A DNA stretch of 55,560 nt from Octopus bimaculoides (taxonomy: Eukaryota): assembly GCF_001194135.2 (NCBI RefSeq), contig NC_068988.1, forward strand, positions 82,965,941 to 83,021,500, written 5' to 3'. Below, piece after piece: positions 42,100-54,129 of the stretch (positions are counted from its first letter, which is position 1; each line of letters begins with the position of its first letter). The notes beneath the pieces were generated by a model. That model made no database searches. It was not told where the DNA came from and worked only from the letters and a program-made list of their open reading frames with translations. A program made the position numbers and the translations under genes.

Positions 42100-42373
42100 A
42101 ATACAACAATATCTGTTTCAATACATGACTTCACATCAGGCATCTTGCAGCACAAATTCATAAACATTGGTTCATGGGAGTAACTGTTTTCCAAAGCCTC
42201 ATATTGTTGTGAATTGCTTGAAATGTGGAGTAGATAAACAGCTGACAACTGATGAAGGGTCGTTGTTTATCCTACTTGTCTTGTTTTCCATTTGTTCCTC
42301 TTGTTGTTCACATACCCAAGTTTGCCTTCTTATTTTATGTTGTTTATGTTTTATGATATCCTGTACCCATATA

Positions 42374-42413
<40 letters not shown>

Positions 42414-42730
42414 CTTGGAAAAGGATGTGTGGCGTTCGATCATATAATAATATAAATAATATATAAATATATGCATATATCCATACATATATGTACATAC
42501 CTACATCTATATGTATACATACATGCATATATGGGTACAGGACATCAAGAAAACGTTAAACAATGAGAAACGAAAACATAAAAACGAAAACGAACTTTTT
42601 TCAAGCAACAAAAAAACAAACAGAGAAACGAGACATGCAACATAAAGAGTATACCCCTTCGTCAGTTGTCCCTGTTCCATCTACTCCACTGAAATGCAGA
42701 GTAGATGGAACAGGGACAACTGACGATAAC
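42100..42730. mobile_element. Two tail-to-tail copies of a Penelope pseudo-LTR-like repeat, plus a terminal hairpin
   Basis: The plus copy (~42100-42380) and the minus copy (~42517-42690) both carry gacaaCTGA(T/C)GAaggg and end in tga(t/c)atcctgtacccatatatgcat-like text. Confidence 0.55.
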
Positions 42731-44261
42731 TAATCTCTTCAGTTATCTGGCACATACCCAAGAGAAAACACAGGTATAAACCATTTTTGCATGTGTGTGT
42801 GTGTGTGAGCATGTATGTGGGTATATATATATATATATATATATATATTGGCGAATGGGTGGGTGAGCATGTGTGTATTTCAAATGAGGGTGGATGAGTA
42901 TATACATATAGGCACATGTATGTGGGTGTGCGGGCGCGCATGTGTATGTATGGACTTGTGCGCTTACGCGAATCCTATGGACATTTTTACTCCTTTACCT
43001 TTACTCCCTCCCCTCACTTAGCAGTCATTCTAATAGCTCTTTTGTCTTAATAACGGTCAACTACACAGTAATTTCCCTTTGTTTAACGGTTATTTTCATA
43101 GCATTTTTCAATGGCCAGATAACTGAAGAGATGGTGGTGTGGGTTTCTGCCCCAGTATCCGAAACTCGGAGTTTTATCATGGCTACTGAATAATTGTCAC
43201 ATATTATTTACAGATAAATTCCTCAATTTACATAATATTGAGGTCTCTTTCTTTCTTTTGTTGTCTTTTCTATCAATATATATATATATATATTTATATA
43301 TAATGTAAGATTAATATAACATGAGGATGGAGGATATCAGGCTTTAATAGTAGAACATAACATTTATTTCTGTGCCACACACCAGCTTTAAGTTGCTGTA
43401 TTTAAATTCATATACCATTATAGAAGATCTTTACGGTTATGTAGTTGTTTTGCAAGATTCTTGATATGAACATGTATTAAAACAGATATTGTTATACTTG
43501 GAGATGGTCATTTTTTCTTTTTTACTGATTAAACACATGCAATATTTATTTGATCTTCACTTAAGTTTTTATTTGTATTATTTTTAGTTTTTACATCTGT
43601 CAAAGGTCTTCTGTTACATGTACTGTGCCCTCATCACTGATTCTGTCCCATGTGTCTCCTCTTGTCCTGCTTATTCCATTTTGTCCTATTTAATAGGAAA
43701 TTGTTCTTTATAATTACTATATTATTGAATATTTTTCAGCAACAGCCATGTGTGGGTGCTTATTGCTTACCATCAACTATTATAATGCAGACACACACAC
43801 ACACATACACATTCACATAATCCCTTTCTTCACACATACTCATGTCACTGTCAAACTGAGGACTCTTTTACTGAAAGATATTTTTACACAGGACCCCTTA
43901 GAAGTTCACAAAATTTGTTACGAAGTGTTTGGAAATAAATATTCATTTTTATACACAATATAGAATTGTCGATGATTTCTGACACTTGAAGCTTTACTTC
44001 TGCCACTCTTTACAACAACAACAAAAGGTGATTTCAGTTGGAACACTAAAACTTCTTTACTTAACTATGTAACAACAATAATACTACAAAAGCTGAACGT
44101 TGAATTTGGTGACTATTGCCATTGAAAACAGGCTGCCTGCTGAGAAATATAGTCATCTTAATTTATAATACTAGACAGAGTAGACTAACTTAACAATAGC
44201 TTTCTGATAATATAATTTACATACTCCAAAATAATTGATAAACAGCTTTCTGTATGATAGT

Positions 44262-44664
44262 CAGGGCCAGATTTAAACTGGGAGCTGAGGCACTTCAAGT
44301 TTAATGGGTCCCTTATACACAAGAATTAAAATCTTAGACAATTACCAAATTTAAATCTCAAAACCCATCAATTTCAAATAATTGAATTTGAAGAGTTAGC
44401 AGAGGAAGTTTAAATAAATGACTGAAAATGTCACTTTATAGATAGACTTTTTCAAAATTCAAGTTTCGTTTTTCACACGTCCACTTGCAGTGTTTGACTT
44501 TTCCTTCAATGTGAAAAGTAGAATGAAGGAAGGAAGAGTGGGGTAAGATTTTTTTTTCCTTTTAATTTGAGTTACATGTTTCAGAATGTAGAATAAGATA
44601 AAATGACAGAAAATTACAAAAAAGAAAAAAAATCATTTTTGTGGTTGTTGTTCCAAAGCCATAA

Positions 44665-44698
<34 letters not shown>

Positions 44699-46250
44699 CA
44701 GAGAGAGAGAGAAAGAGAGAGGCAGGTAGAGATACCAACATTTAAAAGACATGGATTTTTAAAATTCATCTTTTAAAATGGCTTCTCTTCATTGTTTTGC
44801 AATGGATGAAAAAAAAAAATTAAAAAGCAAGGGAAGCCCCGACAAAAATGGTGAAATTCAAACTGCTATTTCTGAAAGTCTGCTTTTCCAGTAAGAGTAT
44901 GTGGGGCACTATGAGAAATATTTACTGCATTTTTGACTTTGAAGAAAATATATTTTTTACAAATGTTCAATACCTTGCCAGAACTATATCAGCAAAGTAA
45001 AGACCTTCTCTAAACATTGTAAAACCTATAGCATAGTCCGAATACTATTTCAGAAAATTATCACTGTTCTCTTTGAGCATATAAAAGACAAATTTAGGTG
45101 GAGCAAAATGGGTAAGATAAGACAAAGTAAATATACCCTTCCAGTTCTCCAGAAATAAAATTTGAAAAAAGAGTCATGCACATGAACATCCATCTTTAGA
45201 CATCAGAAATACAACTAAATTTAAAATGTCTTGGTCAAATGAAAGAAGATTATTAATCTAAAAACTCATCACCAAAAATTATCCAGATATTTTATTATTT
45301 ACCTCAATTACAATGGGGTTAAATTTCTTGAAAATAGTGCCTGTCACCTATATTTCAAACTTTCAACTTCAACAGCAACTATGTAAACTATACTGACCAA
45401 TTTTTACTCCCAGCTATGTAACCTATACTGACCAAATTTTACTCCCAAAGATGCTGCAATGGTACAATATGAGAAAGAAAATAACAAGAAATCAAAAATT
45501 ATTGATATTGACCCAGTTACTAATTTTGCCCCACTTCCATATAGTAATTCCATGTATTTGACAGAATGATGAAAAATATTAAAAAATAAGAAAGAGAAAA
45601 GATTCAACATTAAGAAACATTTGAATATATATGCAATAATTCGAAAGCTGAAAAAGAATGCTTTTAGCTGTTGAAAGATGTAATTTTATAATTAAAACTA
45701 AATTCAAAAGTTTTCTTTACTCACTTGCATTCAAAGCCTCCCTGAAATAAGTTTAGAAGTAGAAATGTATGTGTGTGTGTGTACGCTTTTAACCAATAAT
45801 GGTCAAGCCAAGGTCAAGCTCAGGCATGCATTGAAAGAAGGAATTTAGCCTGGAGACAATAACATTTTTCTATCAATCTCTTTATCTTTATATACATTTA
45901 TACTTACATACACACACAAACACACATACACTCACAGATACATACAGACAAACATTTTCAGGAGTGTTCTGTTGTTTCCCTTTTCCATCCCAAAAGTAGC
46001 TACAATTTCCTTGGGAAGTGCTTTGGGACTGTTTTTTTAATTGAATAATTTGCTGTCCCTAAAGTGGCTGTCATAAAAGAGAATCCATTTTTTAAGAAAT
46101 CAAGATACCTTTGTATATTGAAAGACAGCCTCTTCATGCCTGATTCCTGTACTGAGTGCTACATATCCTTCCTAGCAGTGGCCTCCCCCCCACCAATATC
46201 TAGTTGCTTGTGGCAATTGTCCCCTCCGCCCATCCATAAATCCAGTCCTG
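44262..46250. mobile_element. Non-autonomous hAT-type element, ~2 kb
   Basis: TIRs cagggccagattta / taaatccagtcctg; flanking 8-mers atgatagt (44254-44261) and attatagt (46251-46258) match 7 of 8. Confidence 0.8.
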
Positions 46251-46443
46251 ATTATAGTATAGAGAGATTGCACCCATAAGGAGAAAGTCATTATCTTAAT
46301 GAATAATTCTAGCTATGATAGACTTACACAGATACACATAGGCAAATGCACAAACACAGATACACATAGGCAAATGCACAAACACAGATACACATACATT
46401 CCCTCTAAAAGCATATGCACAATGCTTGACAAACATTACTTAC

Positions 46444-46597
46444 CCCATCCTATTAGTTTGAAATGCCAAAGCTGGAGTTTTTCTGAAGAATATGTCCAAA
46501 CGACAATCATGTGCAAGTGAAGACCTTCAACAAACATCCAATAGAAGTTTGTACTCTGGAAGTAATTGAAAGCTGTCACCAAAGCTTTACATAACCA
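46444..46597 (-). CDS. GPCR exon, TM3-ICL2-start of TM4 (154 nt, phase 0 to 1)
   Basis: ctatctctag|TGG TTA TGT AAA ... GGA TGG G|gtaagt; encodes WLCKALVTAFNYFQSTNFYWMFVEGLHLHMIVVWTYSSEKLQLWHFKLIGW. Confidence 0.96.
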
Positions 46598-48750
46598 CTA
46601 GAGATAGAAGATAATGGGCATAAGATTAGTGTTGTTTAATAAATAAATTTTTATATGTACAAACAGTGCAGTATTAATTTAATTTAAAATTTCATATTCA
46701 ACTTTAAGAAAATACTCAGCCAAATATTTTTTATAACTTTTGTAAATTTTCCTTTTCTTAATCACTTGTTTATTTACCTAATACTTACACATTCAACTGT
46801 CCTTTCATGCCTTCTATACTCTCTCCCCTATCTTTTCATTCAATTATTCACTTGGGTGAATAAACCATTAACTGCTCAACCAGCAAATTGAATTCTGTTG
46901 ACCATAGAAGAATCAAAAGCTCTACATTGCAAACTAATAAAATCATTTTCATTATGCAATTCTTTAAGTGTTTATTGCAATTAATAAGTTATCTGGAACT
47001 GATTGTTCAGAGATAATTACATTTACCAGGAATAAATTGCCACCCTGTGTATAGAATGCAAACCCCACAATCTTCATCTGTTAACTTGTATTTATGGTGG
47101 CTTGGCCACTTGACAACCTTGATTTGGTTAGGACTTTTGAAATAGCTTTTACAAATAAAATGGAATTTCCTGGGGTGAGGGATAGGTCCAGGATTTAGGG
47201 TGAATTTTAAAGTACTCCATATTGCAAAACACTTGTAAATAGTTTAAAAAGAATTTTCCTTTTAAATCCATATTTTTCAAATGTCTCAGTCCTGCCCTTC
47301 GGAGTAGCTACTACGATTAAAAAGATTATTTTTTCTTTTCTTTTTGCTATTTCTCGATTTGTTTTTTAGAATAATGCACGTTCTAAATAATTTAGAATTC
47401 ACATTTTTGAGAAAAACAAATTCTTAAACACTTTTCCTCCTTCATTGTACCTTTCATGATTAAAATTTCTTTTCTTGTCATTATTTATAATTTTATAGTA
47501 TTCCAAATTGTGAAACACTTCTGATAGACATGTAATTTGCATTGAAAATTTTTATTTTATTTTCAAAAATTTGTGTTTTTCAAATTTCTTACTCTGCTCG
47601 CCCCCATACCCTTTATCCATAATTGCCATTCTATTCTTGAAAACAAAATTCTTTAAATTTCAGTTTTTGAACATCTTTTGTCCCACCACCAAAACCAACT
47701 TTATTTTTACACTTTTGCCAATCTTTAAAACCTTTTTCCTTTTTCTATTCAGGTGGCTGCAAAAAATAAGTTTAATGAACCATATTTACCAGATGTTTGT
47801 TAATTTTTTTCACCCCCAAAATACTTTAATCACAAAATGTATGATAAAAGGTAATTGAGAAATTGTTTTTTATAAAAATATGTATTACAATTGTTTCAGA
47901 ATGTGGAAATGAAAAATAATGAAGATGAAAAAATCATGTGTGTGTGTGTGTAAGTGCATGTGTGCATATGTGTGGAGAGGGCTGAAACATTTGAAAATAT
48001 AGATTTTGCAAAAAAGGTTTTAGTTTATACAATAAAGTGATCTGCAAGTGTTTTGCAATGTGGGATACTATAAAATATTGAAAAATACCAACCCTCCACA
48101 TTAAAAAAAACAAAAAAGAGAAATTTGTGACAGCTATTCCGAAAGCCCACTTTTGATTTGTTTATAAATAGAGACTATAAAACATTCTCAATACCCAATG
48201 AGCTTGAATATCTCCAAACCATTAATAGCCTATCAACATTCATTGACATTATTAGACTGTTTGTCATGTAGCACACTGTACTATTCCAAAAACTTGTTTA
48301 GTCTGGTTATCACAAATGGTTGTGCCATGCTGGTCATTCATTCACTTTCATTGTTCTTGTTGGGATGTGACACCACCCTAACTTCTGCTATGACATGAAG
48401 GCAAACATGTAGGAATAAGCTTATTGTTTGTCTTGTACATCAGTTTCCAGTTTTACTAACCAACGTTGCGAAATGAAATCTGAGATGTAATGATATTTGA
48501 TACAAAATATCTGAGAGCCTTGTCCAAAGTTAACAGTTTTCATTGGGTTTCATAGCACAACTTGTCTCAAATATGTTTTATTGAAGATCTAAAGTATTTT
48601 TTTCTATTAATATCCCAGCTTACATACAGAGAGAAAGAGAGAGAGAGAAGATTGGAAGACACATCAAATAATATTATTCTGCACAAATGAACTGGCCAGA
48701 AAATCAGTTAAGTCAAATTCAATGAGTGTCTATTTGTTTTCTCTACTCAC

Positions 48751-48877
48751 CTCAAGATGGGGTTTGTGAACGGCCACATGTTCTATACTATGTCGCATGG
48801 CCAGCCAAATGATGTTACGAAGGATAAAACTCATAATTAAGTGGCAGTGAATCTTATTTCGAAGACATCGCAGATTT
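48751..48877 (-). CDS. GPCR exon, ICL1-TM2-ECL1 (127 nt, phase 2 to 0)
   Basis: ttttttctttag|A AAT CTG CGA TGT CTT CGA AAT AAG ATT CAC ... CTT GAG|gtgagt; encodes NLRCLRNKIHCHLIMSFILRNIIWLAMRHSIEHVAVHKPHLE. Confidence 0.95.
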
Positions 48878-49119
48878 CTAAAGAAAAAAGTCAACGTTAA
48901 GATCTGGCTTACCGTGGGTATTGTAACAGGATATACTGAACATTATAATAATAAGGGAACTTGGACATAGTTTGTAAAATAAATGTTACGTTTGCTTCAG
49001 GGGTATGTGTGCTAAATTGGCAACTGGGGCAAAGTGAGTAATTTGTGATTTCTTGCTATTTTCTCCCTACCTGTTTGAAACCATTACATTGCAAGTATTG
49101 CATCATTATTTTGTACTGT

Positions 49120-49730
49120 CACATCATTGTAATTGGGGCTGCTAATAAAATATCTGGATAATTTTAGTGTTTAACAATCAATAGTCTTTTCTCTGTTGGA
49201 TTCCAAGTCAATTTTTCCCGAATTTGATCATTTTCAGTTGTCAAAAAATGATGTCTAAACTTGGGTAAAATGAATAATGACTAATATGAATAATTTTTCT
49301 CCATAACTGCATGGTGTATAAATATATGATGAAGAGAGCCACTCCAGCAGATTGGGAAGAATCTATAGAGAATATTTTATGTTGAGCTTTTAGATTAGTC
49401 AAATTTTGTTAATTTCATATCATGTGCAATTTTTTCCATGGACATCTTTCAAAATTTGACCTAAATATTAAAAATTTTTGTTGTATTTCTGATCTTTTTG
49501 ATGTTTAAACCTTTTCTCAAATATAATTCTGGAGAATTGAAGAGGTAAATTTACCTTATCTTGCCTTACTCATTTTGCCCCAGCTAAATTTTTCTTTTTT
49601 ATGCACAAAGAAGATGCAGATAATTTTCTGAAATAGTGTTCAGATTATGTTATAGTGTTTTAAATGCATTTAGAGAAGGTCATTTGCTTTGATGATAGAG
49701 ATTTTGGAAGATAGTGAACATTTGTAAAAA
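49120..49730 (-). mobile_element. Inverted fragment of the same family as the interior of the 44262 hAT element
   Basis: For example gataattttctgaaatagtgttcagattatgttatag...ttagagaaggtc...gaacatttgtaaaaa (~49619-49730) matches the reverse complement of ~44955-45063. Confidence 0.8.
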
Positions 49731-51014
49731 ATTCTTTTTTTCATAGTCAAGAATACAGCAAATCTTATGCAGTGTGCATCCCCAATACACTGTATATATA
49801 TATATATATATATCAGCATCATTTAACGTCCGCTTTCCATGCTGGCATGGGTTGGACGGTTTGACTGGGGACTGGTGAGCCAGATGGCTGCACCAGGCTC
49901 CAATCTGGTCTGGCAGAGTTTCTACAGCTGGATGCCCTTCCTAACGTCAACCACTCCGATAGTGTAGTGGGTGCTTTTACGTGCCACTGGCATGAGGGCC
50001 AGTCAGGCAGTACTGGCAATGGCCACGCTCAAATGGTGTTTTTACGTGTCACCTGCACAGGAGCCAGTCCAGTGGCACTGGCAACGCCCTCGCTCGTATG
50101 TATGTATGTATGTATGTATGTATGTATGTATGTATGTGTATGTGTGTGTGTGTGTGTGTGTGTATACATATACATATATACAAATAGTTACACACACACA
50201 CACACACACACATACATACACATTACAATTGACTGTTTTTTTTAATGAAAGTATGGAAATGAAAGAATGAAGAATATATTTTCAACTGAACCATTTAGCA
50301 ACCTAGCAGTGACAAAAGATTTATAAATGTTCAAAATATAAGTGAGCAAAATACACACATGCATGCACATACACTCACACACATAGTTTTATTAATTTCC
50401 TATATTTCCATAAAACTCACTCAATCATGTAAACTCATTGTGGCTCTACCAACAGTGCTTCTAATATGATTATTGGATGAGTTCCCCAAATTAGTTATGT
50501 TTCATGAGAAACGATATGAGCCAAACTAATTTTTAACATAAAGCAACGTGTTTTGAATATTTTTCATCATTAATTTTTAAACACTAGCATCAGTACCCGG
50601 TCTCGCTCAGGTTTAGTAATAACTAAAATAATATAATCATGTGGTTTCAATATATTTGGGATAAATTCCTTTTAAAACGAGTTTGACAATCTGCAGCTGA
50701 TCTTGGAATGTTGGTTGTACTCCAGCAATTCAGAAGATGGCTCAATTTGATCTTCTTAAAGGATAAAATAAATAAACGTAACTAGCATTTATAAATAATT
50801 GAAACATATTATTCATAAAAACTTTTTAATTTACAAAATCGATTATCATTCATAGAAAATAATACATTTCTCATGCCCAAAACATTTTAATCTCTATGAA
50901 GTAAACATCTTTTTTAGAAAGTATTTAAAAAAATTTACTGTATGAATTTGAGAAAAAATACCTTCATGGCAATTTTTCTGCTGCCTAGAGGCAAACAGTA
51001 GTCTATGATTTGCA

Positions 51015-51056
51015 ATACGTACATACATACATACATACATACATACATACATACAT

Positions 51057-51091
<35 letters not shown>

Positions 51092-51280
51092 TACATACAT
51101 ACATATATACATACATACACACGCATACATACATACATACATACATACATACGCATACATACATACATACATACATAACACTTACATACATACACACACA
51201 CATACATACATACATACATACATACATACATACGTACATACATACATACGTACATACATTCATACATACATACATACATG
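51015..51280. repeat. (CATA)n/(CA)n compound microsatellite
   Basis: Direct reading. Confidence 0.98.
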
Positions 51281-51490
51281 CGGCACAATGTTGTTGCTAA
51301 AATAATTTACAATGCCATCCACAAAAAATTCTGTCTTGAAATAAACTTAGAAAACCCCTCTGTTATGGAATACATTCATAAACACCAACTCAAGGAATAC
51401 TGGTGGAATATTCCCATCAAAACTTCTGTCAAATGTAAACATAACAGGCCGGATATTGTTGTTTGGGACAAAGGTATGTACTGTCGTACA
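51278..51490 (+). mobile_element. R4/Dong-like LINE endonuclease fragment
   Basis: RHNVVAKIIY...YWWNIPIKTSVKCKHNRPDIVVWDK, with the RHN and RPD motifs of RLE domains. Confidence 0.8.
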
Positions 51491-51661
51491 GTTTAGTCGA
51501 AGATTCTAGAAGGATGGTTAACAGTTATAAAAAACTGGCAAATTCAAGCACTGATCCACTAAACTGTTTTGGGGAATCTATGTCACTTGTTTCAGTGAGT
51601 CATTCTTTCTCCTCACTCTCTTTCCTACTCCTCCTCCTTTCACTTTTAAGTAACATGCATA

Positions 51662-52774
51662 TGTCGTAGTTGACGAAAGGCTTTACTTGTAGTGTCCAGT
51701 AACACATGTTAATTATGTGGTTAATTTCCTTGCATTACCTTTGTAGCGTATTTTTCTATCTCTCTGTTATATATACATGGATGCAGACGTAGTGGATAAC
51801 AGCTAGTCTTCAGCCACACTTTTGGACCCTGTTGTGTCCACCACTCTGATTGGTTGGTATTGGCACATTTTGTCTCCTGTTCTATTTTGTGCCAAGGTGC
51901 AACCCAACCAATTGCAGCCTTCAGATAAGGTCACGTGAGACAGTCTTTCTGAACCCCAGTTTGAGCCGACAGGATATTATAAATAGCTAGCTTTTCACCG
52001 TCACAGTTTTGTCAGCCTTCTCGGCTCCAGACCCTCTGAGGTCTAGCCGCTGACTACAGAGCACACAGCCAGTTCCAGCGACGACAACAGCAGCTTCATG
52101 GAGAACACCAACACTTCGTTCAACAGCATTCAGGACCTCCATCTTCGTCGCCTCCAGCTTCTAGCGTCTACATCAACTTCTCTACGTACACGCCACCAAC
52201 AGCACCTGCACCCGCACAGGTTCTATCTCTTCACTCTTTGTGAATTACTTCACCGTGGTTAACAGCGAGTACAACCTGCGACGACCTCCTGTACCAAGTA
52301 ACCGGCCGCAGCATTGAAACCTCAACTTCTCACGACATGTGTCTCTTCTCGGCTCTGCATTGCCGCCACAACTTCTTCTTACAGCACCTCAATTACTGTG
52401 TACCTTGAATACGAACTGGTATTTCCCATCCTTGTGTTTGGACTTTCTTCTAACATCCTTATAGACTATTTTCTGTTCTGTATTTTTTGCACACACATAC
52501 ATCCATGTTTGTATACACATACATTTTGTTTACATGACGGCCTGTCTATTATTGTGTTTATATGTCACACTCACACACACAGAAATACATGTTGAGATAT
52601 CAATAAACCCTTCTCTTAAACCTTCTACCGGTTGTGTCTCTCTTTTCCTTTTGGCGCTTATATACATTTAATCTTTTCTCGTGTTTTTTTTATTTGTATC
52701 GACCGTGCGATGTGCTAAAGGAGCCATTCCTCGTCACCATCTCCTGGTCGCACGGTCGTTATACCTTCATGACA
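51662..52774 (+). mobile_element. Probable solo LTR (~1.1 kb)
   Basis: TGTCGT...ATGACA termini; CCAAT-like and CACGTG boxes; tattataaat near 51975; AATAAA near 52601; no TSD found. Confidence 0.6.
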
Positions 52775-53597
52775 TTATCCAGTAAGTTACATACTGAAAA
52801 TTCTTAACCGTTATGTTCATTGAACATTGATCCATTAATTTATTGAACATATATTCGTAAAGTTAACAACGCAGGTTAATTAAATATTTGGAAAATCAAA
52901 CTGTAGTGTGGTCATTGTCTATACACGCAACCTTCTTAACTCGTAAATAGTCTAAGAAGAATATATGACTAACCATTACTCTAAACGACTATTTTTGCGA
53001 TCAGAACTAAGTTATTGGCAGAAATATATTTGGAAACCTGTTGTCAACCTCGTTGAGGAAACAAAAATGCGACATGATACGATCTACAGAGGATGGAAAA
53101 ATCAATGTCATCCACATAATTTTTGTCGATGATTTAAGCTGTTTTCATGTAATATTCAGGATACCAATAGATGATTAGGATTAATTACAGTAGAGTTTGG
53201 TAAGTAGTCGAGAAAAGATTGTCGATTGTGAATAGGATACCAGTGGCTTTTCAGTCTCCCCTGTCTCCAGTAATGAATGTTACAAACATCTCAGAATTAA
53301 CGAGAACAATCATTCATCTGTTGTAAAGAATCTAAAGACAGTTTCAGGTATTTCATATTCAAGGAAAGCAAATTTTTTGTGTTTCTTAGTGACGAGATTT
53401 TAGAAAATGGTGCTGTTTATAGGATCAAAGGGTAAAATAAATTATCGTCTTTGATTTTAAAATACAAGGTGGGCCAAAAGTCACGCACAAACTAAATCTA
53501 ATACGCTCCGGAATTGTCAAAGAAATGCTTGAATTGTTCTAAAATTGAAAAAATAAAGAAATAACGATGAATACACACGTACTTGTATATGATGAAA

Positions 53598-53723
53598 ATA
53601 CGAAAACTAAAAGAAGCAGCACATATGCTAGGACACAACAACCTCCTAAGCAGACCGAGTGCAGATATGAACAGCATATGGGAACCAGTATTAAGGAAGG
53701 ATAGGAGAATATTAGATTTATAA
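53598..53723 (+). pseudogene. C-terminal tail of a Penelope-like GIY-YIG ORF
   Basis: IRKLKEAAHMLGHNNLLSRPSADMNSIWEPVLRKDRRILDL*, matching the RKxKEAxHI...N/LxR...W end of PLE endonucleases. Confidence 0.7.
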
Positions 53724-53746
53724 GCCCTAAAATTCACTCCATAATT

Positions 53747-53816
53747 GCATATGGCGTAGTGGTTAAAAGCGCGGGATACTAACCCCAAGATTCCGAGTTC
53801 GATTCCAGGCAGTGAC
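53747..53816 (+). promoter_or_regulatory. tRNA-like Pol III internal promoter (not a functional tRNA)
   Basis: A-box TGGCGTAGTGG (53752-53762), B-box GAGTTCGATTCC (53795-53806), ggg-atactaa-ccc anticodon-like arm; no good acceptor stem. Confidence 0.8.
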
Positions 53817-53880
53817 CTGAACAACAGCAAAAAACAAAATCGAAAAATACCTTAGGAATGAGAACCCAAAATTTTCCCAA

Positions 53881-53926
53881 GACACCTGATGAAGGCTGGA
53901 GGGTATATCAGCCGAAACGTTGTGTT
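53881..53926 (+). ncRNA. Minimal type I hammerhead ribozyme
   Basis: Stem I GACAC/GUGUU, core CUGAUGA (53886-53892) plus one extra A, stem II GGCUG/CAGCC, GAAA (53914-53917), palindromic ACGU in place of helix III; predicted cut after GUU at 53921. Confidence 0.8.
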
Positions 53927-54091
53927 AACAACAAGATGAGGACAAATATCCATCAATTCTAAAAAAAAGTAAGTACTGCGGTCAATTCGTTTGACTAAAA
54001 TTCTTGAAGATTGTGCCTCTAAAGACTGAAACAAGTAAAAGATAAAAAATATATATTTTTATATATATATAAAACATACATAAATACAAGC

Positions 54092-54129
<38 letters not shown>

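Noticed and set aside
44970-45040. Minus-strand MFREGLYF, resembling the TM3 WMFVEGLYL motif
   Set aside because: It lies inside the hAT repeat (mirrored at 49620-49730), has stops nearby and the wrong splice phase; the real TM3 exon is 46444-46597
48913-48935. 23-nt AG/GTAAG-bounded micro-exon just upstream of the TM2 exon
   Set aside because: It would leave a 35-nt intron and shift the frame
53747-53816. Functional tRNA gene
   Set aside because: No proper acceptor stem, an atypical ACT anticodon, and embedded in a repeat
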